From NCBI GenBank assembly GCA_000165345.1, contig CM000436.1:1152001-1216000 (forward strand): a stretch of DNA of 64,000 nt, given 5' to 3'. The notes under the pieces were generated by a model that did not search any database, was not told the DNA's origin, and saw only the letters and a list, made by a program, of their open reading frames with translations. The position numbers and the translations under genes are program-made. Below, in pieces: positions 41,223 through 51,556 of the stretch. Position 1 is the stretch's first letter. Every line of letters starts with the position of its first letter.

Positions 41223-41768
41223 TTATTTTGAAGGGAAGTCAGCAAGCGAAAGTTGATAAAAACCAACAATCATTCCAAATAAACCCAAAGCACCGGCAAA
41301 AATTTCAACAACCAACATCTTAGAAAATAATTCTCCTCTTTGAGCATCAGCAAGAGCTGTTGAACTACCAGTAATTCCAACACTAATACCAGAAAATAAA
41401 TTTGATAAACCAATTGTTAGTCCAGAACAGAGCAAAATCCATGAAGATTTGACTATCTGTACCTCCCAAGCATCCTTTGGTTGACCAGAAATTATATCAA
41501 TATCCGGAAGTGATCTTATTTTAGACATTAATAAAAATGTTGCAATTACACCATAAATTGCAGTAGCTTCACAAAAAATTACTGAAATCAAATTCTTTGA
41601 ACGAATTCTTGGAGATCTAAGAGCTGCTCCAACTAAAGAATTACCAGTTGTGAAAATACCCCAGCCTGCTCCAAATGTTGAAAGAACTATGCATAATACT
41701 ACTCCAAGATATGCAAAATGTAATGGAGGAATTGATAAGAAAATCTCTGAATATGTTTGATATGCCAT
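41223..41768 (-). CDS. VMA16: V-type H+-ATPase 21-kDa proteolipid subunit c'' (ATP6V0B/Vma16)
   Basis: 181-aa ORF with an ATG at 41768. GAGWGIFTTGNSLVGAALRSPRIRSKNLISVIFCEATAIYGVI matches c'' GAAWGIyITGSSiIGgGVKAPRIKtKNLvSIIFCEAVAIYGiI. The essential Glu lies in VVEIFAGALGLFGMIVG. Confidence 0.85.
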   Translation of the reverse strand: MAYQTYSEIFLSIPPLHFAYLGVVLCIVLSTFGAGWGIFTTGNSLVGAALRSPRIRSKNLISVIFCEATAIYGVIATFLLMSKIRSLPDIDIISGQPKDAWEVQIVKSSWILLCSGLTIGLSNLFSGISVGITGSSTALADAQRGELFSKMLVVEIFAGALGLFGMIVGFYQLSLADFPSK

Positions 41769-42161
41769 CTTATCTCTTAAAATTTACCACTATAATATAA
41801 TACAATATAATATATATTTTTATATTTATTTATAAAAAAAAATAAGATAATGTTTTGATTAGTTTCACAATCTTGTCTATTAATTACTATTATTTTCAAT
41901 ATAAATTTTTAATCTTGAAGTATAATCAAGATATTCGTGGTCCTTGAAAATTAATATGGAAAGCTAATCAATTCTGCTTATTAATTTACTTAATCTCCTC
42001 TTAATTTAATTGAGAAACTTTAAGTTAAATTATTTTCTTTTTTTTTTTCCTTTTTGCTCCCAATCTTATTTTAATTAATTCAGTAATGGCTTCACTAATA
42101 TTTATTTAGTTTATCCATTACATTAATTTATTCCTATATTATAATCAATGCAAACACAAAG

Positions 42162-42182
42162 TTCCCGCCTGATTTTCCCGCC
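42162..42182. promoter_or_regulatory. TTCCCGCCTGATTTTCCCGCC double E2F-like site upstream of the V-ATPase c'' gene
   Basis: Seen directly. Confidence 0.45.
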
Positions 42183-42467
42183 ATTGTCTAATAATTGTCA
42201 TTTATTTAATAGTTGATTGTGAAGTGTTAAAAAAAGTTGTTTTAATTAAAATAAATTCATAATTTTCACACAGTACAAACACTACTCTTAAAGTTCGATT
42301 TTTAGTTTCTCACTATTAGTTATTTATATAATTGTACCTAAACTCTTAAACTATTAGAGTTTGAATATCTAGATAAGCTGTCTCTTTAAGAAATTATCAA
42401 GTTTAAGGAAAATGAGATCTAAAGTATATGTTAATATCAATTATATCTTTAATTATATAATTTGAGG

Positions 42468-42590
42468 CTGCTACTACTACTACAAATACTACCAATACTA
42501 CCACTTATACTGCCATAAATACTAGAACTAATACTACTAATACCACTGCAAAGCCAACAAGCATTATTACCACCATTACTACTTTAATAC
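42468..42590. repeat. degenerate ACT/TAC/ACC trinucleotide-rich tract (a stop-free Thr/Asn-rich frame with no ATG)
   Basis: Seen directly. It is compositionally similar to the 54937..55140 tract. Confidence 0.6.
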
Positions 42591-43341
42591 CTCTAATAAT
42601 ACAATAATATTGCGATTTTAACATTGCTCGTACTTTTTTCTCTTTCCTCTCTTTGAACTCAATATCAATTCTCAGTTTTTATTTTTGTATCAGATTCGTT
42701 TGAGATTATTCAAGAACTATATATATACGATATTTTGAAAGTGGAAGAAAAAAGAAAAGTGGATCATGCATATTACATTCAAATATATAACTAGGAACTA
42801 GTAGGAAGTGAATGAAGAAAATAGATTTAGTTAAATGAAGAGAGAAAAAAAGAACAAAATAGGAAATATGCCTGTTAGATATTATATTCACTAAATCTTT
42901 CATATATTTCAATAATTAACAACATAATATCTTACATTTAATAATATTAAAAATATAGATAAGCATGTATATATATATATATTCATCTACTTATTTACAA
43001 TTTATTATCTATTTAAATATTAGTAATTATTATCATTCGAAATTATGTCATTTAATAATTACATATTAATGCATGCATTAATATTGTTGCCACCAACTTA
43101 ACTATTATAGTTTCATCAGATAACATTACATAATTCAATATTGAAAATCTATTTAAAAAATAAATAATTAAAACCAAATTTAAATAAATTTTTAATAACT
43201 TATTCAATATTAAATTCTCTCATTATCACTAATCATTTTATTATTTTACCCCAAATCAATTAATATTTAATTATTCAACCCCACCTTATATGGCGCTTAC
43301 CAGAACCCCTCCTATAATATAAATTTTTAACTGCTCGTGAC

Positions 43342-43360
43342 TTTGGGAAGGCGCCAAAAT
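43342..43360. promoter_or_regulatory. TTTGGGAAGGCGCCAAAAT E2F-like site (also TGGCGCTTACC at 43291..43301) about 900 bp upstream of the RING-CH/FHA gene
   Basis: Seen directly. Confidence 0.4.
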
Positions 43361-43860
43361 CTGAACACACAAATTAGAAAATATTTTTATTTAATATAAT
43401 GAAAGGCATTTAAGAATTCCCCCTCTCGGAGAATAATAGCAAAAGCTAGAAATATCAAAATCTGTGATAGAAGAGCTTTGTAATTAGTGAATAGGATAAG
43501 AGCTTATGAGATAAGCAAAGGAGTTAGGAACACGACTTTTGTATGTACAAAGCCTGGAGAATTTGAATAAAAAAGCCGGGCAAGGAATTATCTGAATGTT
43601 AAATTAAAGTTCTTAAAAATATATATATTTTGCTAATAAAGGAAAGGGAAGGAAAAAAGGAAGCTAGGTAGAGTAATTTGTATTAAAAAAAAAATTAAGA
43701 GAAAATAACTATCAAGAAGATAATATTGATACAAAATCTCTAGTTGGTTTCCATAAAACTTCCAATTCAAAGTTTAAGTAAACTCTGATAGGTAAATAGA
43801 AGTAAATATATTTATGTATTTTGATTGTAAAAGTCAAAGTTTGAGTGATTGGTATAATTG

Positions 43861-43940
43861 AGAGTGAGAGAGAGAGAGAGAGAGAGAGTGAGTGAGTGAG
43901 AAAGAGAGATAAATAGAAAGAGTGTGAGAGTGAAGGAAGG
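43861..43940. repeat. (GA)n / GAGTGA purine-rich microsatellite (G-box-like)
   Basis: Seen directly: agagtgagagagagagagagagagagtgagtgagtgagaaagagagataaatagaaagagtgtgagagtgaaggaagg. Confidence 0.85.
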
Positions 43941-44275
43941 GTTAAAAAAACATCTTGGAAGGTTTGTTTTCGAAATCTTCTTGGATACGGGAATTAAAAT
44001 ACATATAGTCAAGGTTTTGTTGTACCACTAAATAAATCACAGAGCTAAAGATTGGAAGTTATATTTATTCTTGATAAGATTTTGAAATAATAGGGGTTTC
44101 TGGTCTTTAAGGCACTAGTAACAACTGAAAGGTTTGGATAACTTACAGTTTGATAATATTATTTGCCTTAAAGAGAGATTTTACTTCTTTTATCTAATAT
44201 AATAATCCAATTCTTCTGTCGTTTATTCTATAAATTGTGAATAATAAAAGGTTTGGCTGAATTAGTATCATCGAG

Positions 44276-46618
44276 ATGAGCCTTGAAAGGGTTAATTCAA
44301 GTATAGAAATGCGAGAAGATAGCCCTACAAGAGATAATACCATCACTCAAGTAGATGTTAGACAGAATTCTGATCTCCTACAAGACTATCCTTCAATGAG
44401 AGTTCCGAGTCTTATAGTATTTGGACAAGGCCAAAGCCAAAATCATACTCAAGGCCATACACATGGATATATTCAAACTAATCAAACTAACCAAGTTACT
44501 CAAATAGGGGAGGGAACTGATCCATCTCTAATAAGAATAGCAAGAGGAGGAACAACAACAACTTCTTCTTCTTCAGGAAATAGTATTGAGAATTTACCAA
44601 ATCCACTTTTAGAAGAAGGAGGACAAAGTTTAATTATAGAAACAACAACATGGTCTAGAGATTCGCATGAACTTTTTGATTATGAAGCACAACATATTAA
44701 TAATAAAAAGTTTCTTGTGAGTAAAAATAGCAAAATCTTTCGACAAAATACAGAATGTATGATTGTTGGTGATGAGGAAGAGCTTCCAACACAAGGAGAC
44801 TATTTATTATCTATAAAAACCACTTCAGATGGGAAATTTGTAGCTTTTCCTGCAGATAGAAGTTTGGGAGCGTGTAGTGAAAGGCAGCTAATTCCTAAGA
44901 AGGTTTGGTTAATTGTTCGAGATCTGCCTAGTAAATCATATGCTTTACAACAAAACGATATGGTTAAGCTAGGAAGATTTAAATTACGTGTTAAACAATT
45001 GGTTAAAAATGAAGATCAAATTCCAGAGCTTAGGCTTGATGAAATGGAAACAAATATTATTGAGCCAACTTTAGAGGAATCTATAACAATGCAATGCAGA
45101 ATTTGTCTCACTGAAGGAGAGCAAGAAGATGATCCTTTGCTTTGTCCATGTCAGTGCAGAGGATCTATTAAGTTTGTTCATTTAGAATGTTTAAGACATT
45201 GGATTAATGGAAGGCTCAATCTGGCCAACGAAAATGGGTCCGGAGATACCTTCTTCTTTAGGCAGTTACAATGTGAGCTTTGTAAGAGTCCTCTTCCTTC
45301 TTCAGCTTCTATTAAAGGCTCTAGAGTCAATATTGTTAAAGTACCTCAAGCTAAACCTCCATTTATTGTTTTGGAGAATATTTATGGGAATGTTCATAGA
45401 GGAGTGCATGTAGTAAGTATGGCTGAAAAGAAGGATTTGAAACTTGGTAGAGGTCATGAATCAGATGTAAGAATTTCTGATGTAAGTATATCTAGATATC
45501 ATGCAACTATTAGATATAGAAATGATAACTTCATGCTTGAAGATCATGATTCCAAATTTGGTACTCTTGTTTCAGTCAGGAGACCACAAGCCATAGATAA
45601 TTGTCATAATTTAGCTCTCCAAGTAGGAAGGACTGTAGTTAATTTGAGACTTTCAGAAGAGCCATGTTCTCCTAGTATTGGTATAAAAGAGTTACCTGTG
45701 AGCAATTCTCCAGATTTCCTTTTAGATCCTGAGCAAAATAATAACCAAAATGGAGGAGCTAGTGGAAATAATGGAAGTGGTAATGGTGGTGTATCTGGAG
45801 TAAACCGAAGATCTAGTGGCTTAAATGCAAACTCGGATGTAAATGGTATGAATCATCAGAATTCTCAAGGTGATTTCCATTGCTTACATAATAAAATGAG
45901 CCAAAATTTAAGATTAGCAGCTCCTGCTACACTTTCCAAAGTAATTGAACATTCTCAGAATATTCCTTCTTTTTTGGATATTCAAGAATCTGACACAAAA
46001 AGTGGCCAAGAAAACGATAATACAAATATTAGAAAAGGAGCTATTCAGAATGTTTCTGAAGATAAATCAACGTTTTTGTCATCTTTGGTTTCCTCTTTAT
46101 CACCACTATCATCAACATCGTCATCTTGTTCATCATCATCATCTTCTTCATCATCTTGTTCATCTCTACTATCTACCTATACTCAACTTTCTACCTCTAC
46201 TATTCCTACTCATTCTCTTGAAGAGATAGCAAATAAAGGAGTAGAAGTTAAAAACAATGGTATTCAATCAATTAATGGGTTAAAACTGGAGAATATTAAT
46301 ATTCAAAATAAGATAGAATTTTTTGGAGATGAAAAAAAGAAGCAATCTGAACAAGATTACTTAGAAATTAAAGAATCAAAAAATAACATCTATAGAAGTG
46401 GAAAATTACTAGTTTCTGAAACCTTTGGTGATGGTGGTTTTGTGGCCCCTCCTTCTAAAGATTCAGATCATTTCTTGGACTGCTCCAAAAATATGAACTC
46501 TCTCATTTACAATAACATTAACCACTGTAAAAGCAACCACAGAATTAGTAACAAGACTTCATTACGGTTACCTTGTTCATCTTTAACATTTTGGATTGAA
46601 AAAAATCAATCAACTTGA
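44276..46618 (+). CDS. RING-CH (MARCH-type C4HC3) zinc finger plus FHA domain protein, a putative E3 ubiquitin ligase; the C-terminal half is Ser/Asn-rich
   Basis: 780-aa ORF with an ATG start. RING-CH: CRICLTEGEQEDDPLLCPCQCRGSIKFVHLECLRHWINGR...CELCKSP. FHA: LKLGRGHESDVRISDVSISRYHATIRYRNDNFMLEDHDSKFGTLV. Poly-Ser tract at 46100..46170. Confidence 0.7.
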   Translation: MSLERVNSSIEMREDSPTRDNTITQVDVRQNSDLLQDYPSMRVPSLIVFGQGQSQNHTQGHTHGYIQTNQTNQVTQIGEGTDPSLIRIARGGTTTTSSSSGNSIENLPNPLLEEGGQSLIIETTTWSRDSHELFDYEAQHINNKKFLVSKNSKIFRQNTECMIVGDEEELPTQGDYLLSIKTTSDGKFVAFPADRSLGACSERQLIPKKVWLIVRDLPSKSYALQQNDMVKLGRFKLRVKQLVKNEDQIPELRLDEMETNIIEPTLEESITMQCRICLTEGEQEDDPLLCPCQCRGSIKFVHLECLRHWINGRLNLANENGSGDTFFFRQLQCELCKSPLPSSASIKGSRVNIVKVPQAKPPFIVLENIYGNVHRGVHVVSMAEKKDLKLGRGHESDVRISDVSISRYHATIRYRNDNFMLEDHDSKFGTLVSVRRPQAIDNCHNLALQVGRTVVNLRLSEEPCSPSIGIKELPVSNSPDFLLDPEQNNNQNGGASGNNGSGNGGVSGVNRRSSGLNANSDVNGMNHQNSQGDFHCLHNKMSQNLRLAAPATLSKVIEHSQNIPSFLDIQESDTKSGQENDNTNIRKGAIQNVSEDKSTFLSSLVSSLSPLSSTSSSCSSSSSSSSSCSSLLSTYTQLSTSTIPTHSLEEIANKGVEVKNNGIQSINGLKLENINIQNKIEFFGDEKKKQSEQDYLEIKESKNNIYRSGKLLVSETFGDGGFVAPPSKDSDHFLDCSKNMNSLIYNNINHCKSNHRISNKTSLRLPCSSLTFWIEKNQST

Positions 46619-47270
46619 CCTATTTATACAAATCAGAACTACACTATCCAAATATAATAAGGTATCGGATGCCATTAATATATTTTTCTTTTAATACATA
46701 AAGACTATTTGGGTGTAAAAAAAGATTTCCAGCCATGTTCCAAGATGTGTTGATAAAGTAGGTATTAGCAGTCNCGAGTGATGTATTTTCGAGTAATGCC
46801 CACGAGTTGTCAACAGGAATTGACTCTTTACTGAAGTATGCTGTTAATCAATATTCAAAGACTCAGGCATCCCCCTTATATACTTATATAAAAATATCAG
46901 ATCCAAGCCAATAAAAATAAAAAAAAAAAGAAAACAGTTTTATCTTCACTATATTATCACTAATATTAGATTATTATTGTTATTATTGTTATTGTTATTA
47001 TTATTAATATATACTTATAAATATATATAAAATTTTCTAATATTTCTAATCTTTGACACAATTACAGTATTAATTTCAACGCTTGTTGAAGAACCTTTGG
47101 TCAAGCCACTTGCCTATGTTTCCACTACAATCCAGCTTTATTGCTAATTGAATTATACCGACGGATACATTTTTGGTTTGAGATCTTACCTCTAGTTTAA
47201 TAACTAATACTAATTTTTCTATTAATTTAATTTTCTTTAATTTTTGTAATATATTCAAATACTTATTTAA

Positions 47271-47337
47271 ATGGGCGCCTGCATGTTTGCATGCATATAT
47301 AAGTTCAATTTGAGCGCCACATGCATTTTGGAAAATT
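47271..47337. promoter_or_regulatory. composite GGGCGCC + GCATG x4 element (ATGGGCGCCTGCATGTTTGCATGCATATA...GAGCGCCACATGCAT). A second palindromic ACGTGGTTTTACCGCCGCCCCACGT lies at 47691..47715.
   Basis: Seen directly, in the 1.5-kb spacer upstream of the FCP1 gene. Confidence 0.45.
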
Positions 47338-48119
47338 ATGTTTGTGAAAACTATAAATAGAAGATGATTTTGTTTCTATTAAGTCTTTTTTTGTAATTTT
47401 TAGAAATATTTGTACATCTTCAAAATGCTTATTCTTTGACAATTTTTTTGTTCATAATGGAATTAACGAATATAGAAAAGTTAAATTTTTTATTTTTTTT
47501 TACTGATTTAATATTTAAAAATTGACATTTAGAAATCTATTTCTAACTAATTTAGTAATTTTCCAAAAATATAAATACTACTCTTTATTAAAATATATCA
47601 AAATAATTATCATTTTTTATATTTAAACCCAAGTTTAATCAAATTTATTAATTTTTCTTTTTTTTCTAGTTTTATACTTTATATTTAAATACGTGGTTTT
47701 ACCGCCGCCCCACGTAAGGTACCGGTATTATTAATTAAATATAATAAAAAATATACTTTAATAATATAAGTATGAAAGAAATTTATATATTTAAATTTAT
47801 AATAATGTTAAACATAAATATTTTGTGAGAGAAATAAAGAAATAGAGAAGAATAAGAAGGGGTGAGGAAAAAAAGTAAATAAAAAAAAGAATTACAAGAT
47901 CTTAAGAAAGTAATATGTAATAAATAAGATAATTGTAAAAATATAGGTTAAAATTTTGCTAGTAGAATTAAGTAATTTGATTAAATTTTATTCAAGTATT
48001 TATAAATTAATATACAAGACAAGATTTAGATCATTCTTTTAAATAATAAAGATTAAATTAAACTAATTATTATTATTCCTAATATTAATATAGGTATATA
48101 ATCAATATAATAACTTGAT

Positions 48120-50408
48120 ATGAGTGAGGATGAGAAAATACAAATTAAATGTTTAACTGAAATATTTAAGAATCCAGTTAAAATAGAATGGAAAAAGTAT
48201 TTAAATGATAAAATAAAACCTGGAGAAGTTATTTTAGATATTTCAGATTTGAATAATGGTCAATTAGTTACAAGAATTAAATCAATATGTCATGGAAAAA
48301 TATCAAGTTGTTTAACTCCAAAAATATGTGAAATCATTTCAGTAATAAAACAAAATAATAATGAACATATTTCAGAATTTGAAATTAAAGATTTAACGAA
48401 TGAAAGTTTTGAGAAATCAATTTTATATATTAAACAAGAAAATCCAAATAGTCATAATAATAGATATTATTTTGGTTATTATTTATGTGATCATACTACA
48501 TTTTTAAGTAATATATGTGTAGAATGCGGATTTATACTCGAAGGAAAAAGTGAATTTTCTAATAATAATAAATCAATTAAAAGAGTTAAAGCTGGAAATA
48601 ACAATAATGAGATAGCAGAAATTGAATCTACTAATATAAGTAGACGTGATCATAAAACAGGTAACTATCATGAAAATGATAGAAATGAAAGAATGTTAAT
48701 AAATGCAGGTTTTCTTTCAAATAATAATGATATTAAATTTAATAAGAATTATGTAGATGAACAAGAAAAATCTTTTATATTTGAACTATTATATATAAAG
48801 AGAAAGTTAAGCTTAGTTTTAGATTTGGATAATACATTAATACATGCATCTTCAACTTTACCAGAAATTAAAAAAAATGATGAATTTATTGAAATTAAAG
48901 AAATTATGGAAAATGAAATTACTGAAGAAATTTATAATAAGTATTATGGTAGTGTTGTAATGCTTGGAAATAAACCACAAAGTAATGAATTACTTCCAAA
49001 AGGAATTGATCATTTTCCTCATTATAATAATGATACAGATTCAAATATTGAAATTTATTTTAAATTATTAGAAAGTTTGATATTTTGTATTCCATTTGGC
49101 AATTCTTTAAATTCTGGAATAGAAAGACAATCTAGAAATAGCTCAAATTGGAGTTTTGGATATTATAAATTAAGACCTGGTGTAATTAATATGTTGAGAA
49201 CTCTTTCTAAAGATAAATATGAAATCTATATGTATACTATGGGAACAGAATATCATGCATATACTTCACTTCGAATTTTGGATCCAGAATTACGTTTTTT
49301 CCATTCAAAGAGAATATTTTATAGAAATAATGGATTTAAAGAGACTTCAATTAAAAGTTTAAATACTTTATTTCCATATGATCATCGTACTTTAGTCATT
49401 TTGGATGATATTGAACAAGCTTGGACTGATATTAATTCATTATTAAAAGTTTATCCATATAATTTTTTTCCAAGTAATTCAATTCCAAATGATTCATCTA
49501 GTTTTTCTAGATATATTTCACAAATTAGAACAAACAATAAATGGAGTCAATTAATAAAAAAGAAAAGAACTAGAAATGATCAAATATCTGAGAATGATTG
49601 TAAAGAAAAGGATGAAATAGATCAAAATAAAATTGATAAAGAAATAACAAAGGAACAATCTTGTATTGATATTATCAAAGAAATCATTAGATCAGAAAAA
49701 GATTATCAGTTATTGATATTCCAAAAGTTATTAATAGCTTTACACGATGCATATTTTAAAGAATTTGATTTAACTTTAAGTAAAAAAGGAGAATTTCATG
49801 ATGAAGATTCATTGGTTTATATAATTTATAGAGATGCACCAAATATTTCCAATATTATTAAGATTATGAGAAGAGGAGTACTTAAAGATTGTAATTTACA
49901 ATTTACTGGTTTCAATAATAAATTCTTTTATAACTTTGTAGATTCAGATTTATATAAATGGTGTAGATATTTTGGTTCAAGTATATTGGATAATAATACA
50001 AAGAATTACTCAGAGAAATTAATTGCTACTCACTGTATATGTGAACAATTATTTACAGAAAAGTATCATCATGCAAAAGAAAAAGGAATTCCATGTATTA
50101 ATATTTTATGGCTTGAAACTATTATTTATACATGGATTAGCCCTTTAAAGATTAATATAAATAATCCATTATTTTGTGATCCTGTTAATTCAGATTATTA
50201 TTCCCCTTTTGAAAGTTTAAATTTGAAAGATAAAGAATCTCCAGACTACTTTGACTTTGATAATTACAGTTATTCCTATCTTTATTCTACAAATACAAGC
50301 GAATCACTTAAGGAACAACTTTGGGAAGAAGCTTTTAACGATATCTCATTTTCTATGGGAGAAGAAGATGATGATGGCGAAGAAGAAGAAGATGATGATG
50401 ATGATTAA
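48120..50408 (+). CDS. FCP1: FCP1-like RNA polymerase II CTD phosphatase (FCP1 homology domain plus BRCT), with an acidic tail
   Basis: 762-aa ORF with an ATG start. The DxDxT catalytic motif is LSLVLDLDNTLIHAS. The phosphatase core is YKLRPGVINMLRTL...YEIYMYTMGTEYHAYTSLRILDP...TLVILDDIEQAW. The BRCT-like region is LQFTGFNNKF...CINILWLETIIYTW. The terminus is EEDDDGEEEEDDDDD. Confidence 0.75.
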   Translation: MSEDEKIQIKCLTEIFKNPVKIEWKKYLNDKIKPGEVILDISDLNNGQLVTRIKSICHGKISSCLTPKICEIISVIKQNNNEHISEFEIKDLTNESFEKSILYIKQENPNSHNNRYYFGYYLCDHTTFLSNICVECGFILEGKSEFSNNNKSIKRVKAGNNNNEIAEIESTNISRRDHKTGNYHENDRNERMLINAGFLSNNNDIKFNKNYVDEQEKSFIFELLYIKRKLSLVLDLDNTLIHASSTLPEIKKNDEFIEIKEIMENEITEEIYNKYYGSVVMLGNKPQSNELLPKGIDHFPHYNNDTDSNIEIYFKLLESLIFCIPFGNSLNSGIERQSRNSSNWSFGYYKLRPGVINMLRTLSKDKYEIYMYTMGTEYHAYTSLRILDPELRFFHSKRIFYRNNGFKETSIKSLNTLFPYDHRTLVILDDIEQAWTDINSLLKVYPYNFFPSNSIPNDSSSFSRYISQIRTNNKWSQLIKKKRTRNDQISENDCKEKDEIDQNKIDKEITKEQSCIDIIKEIIRSEKDYQLLIFQKLLIALHDAYFKEFDLTLSKKGEFHDEDSLVYIIYRDAPNISNIIKIMRRGVLKDCNLQFTGFNNKFFYNFVDSDLYKWCRYFGSSILDNNTKNYSEKLIATHCICEQLFTEKYHHAKEKGIPCINILWLETIIYTWISPLKININNPLFCDPVNSDYYSPFESLNLKDKESPDYFDFDNYSYSYLYSTNTSESLKEQLWEEAFNDISFSMGEEDDDGEEEEDDDDD

Positions 50409-50854
50409 GATGAAGATGGAGATGATGATGATAAATACAATGATTACGATAATGATGATAATGACGAAAATCTATATATTTCAGATTCTAATTACTCAAA
50501 GAATTCTTAATTTGAAAAAATTTCAGAATTAGAATTCACTTTGACATCAGAATATTAGATAATTACTGATGACTCTCATTTATTGTCATTTCTTAGAATG
50601 GCGGGCTCAATTTTTGTTTCTTTTCCTCAATTTAATACACTGAAAATATGAAATAGCATCTAGTTCTTCATATAAAATTTCAATTAAAGTCTATAATACA
50701 ATATTGTTATTTATGAATGATTTACTAGACTAGATAAAAATTCTTGATTTATGATTTAATACTAAGGGATAATTAAGAAATATTATGTGTAAATAAGAAT
50801 GACTTTACATTTAGAAATAAAATAGCAATTTTATTTTTGCTTTCGCATGCGGAA

Positions 50855-50866
50855 AATGGCGCCATT
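50855..50866. promoter_or_regulatory. palindrome AATGGCGCCATT preceded by TTTCGCATGCGG, in the promoter of the 50952 gene; GGCGGGCTC at 50598..50608
   Basis: Seen directly. Confidence 0.45.
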
Positions 50867-50951
50867 AAATAAATATTTCTATAGTAATTAATAATAATAA
50901 TAATAATAAAATTGGAATAAGAAAGACTGGAATAAATATAAATGGTTATAA

Positions 50952-51555
50952 ATGTCAGGAAATAGTAAGCAGTTATCCAAGTCAGAATTGGTTAAGATAT
51001 TGAAAAAGTCTACAAGCAGTACTAGGGAGAAGAATTTGGCAATAAAGCAATTAAAGAAGTTTCCACCAAATCAAAAAGATGAACTGGATAAGAATTTGGA
51101 AGGTTTAAAATTTAAAGTTAACAAGAATAAGTTATTTCATTTTTTGTAAGTTTTGAATGATGAGAATTTGGATTATGAAATTTTGTTGAATTATTTTAAA
51201 GAATTCAACAAAAATCATTCCAAAAAAAAATATTAAATATAAATTAATGTTAAAATTTAATATCTAAAAACAAAACAAAAAAAAAGATGTTTTAGATGCG
51301 ATAAGCCTAAACAGTCTAATATTCAAGTATTGTGTAAGCTTAAAGGTAAGTAATTTAATTTATTAAAAGAAAAAAATTAATTAAATTATTAAACATGAAA
51401 ATAATTAAAATTCAATGAATAACATTAATATTAATAATAATGATAAAATGATATTATACATTATAGATTCAGAATATACAATATGTCACTGTTGCTATCT
51501 TTCATTAGAAAGTAGTATTGAATTGAAAAGAATTAAAAGTTTGAATTTAAGATAA
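50952..51555 (+). CDS. speculative 3-exon small zinc-ribbon protein (about 113 aa); exons 50952..51145, 51287..51345, 51467..51555
   Basis: Exon 1 is the 65-aa track ORF. Its TAA is the TAA of a GTAAGT donor (TTTTT|GTAAGT). The AG acceptors at 51285..51286 and 51465..51466 keep the frame. The product MSGNSK...KLFHF-L-CFRCDKPKQSNIQVLCKLK-D-SEYTICHCCYLSLESSIELKRIKSLNLR has a CxxC...C...CxCC cluster. The model is unverified. Confidence 0.25.
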
Positions 51556-51556
51556 T

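Noticed and set aside
41769-42060. Possible upstream exon adding an N-terminal helix to V-ATPase c''
   Set aside because: No in-frame ATG with a GT donor was found on the minus strand within about 250 bp upstream of 41768. A 181-aa, four-helix c'' is plausible for this lineage.
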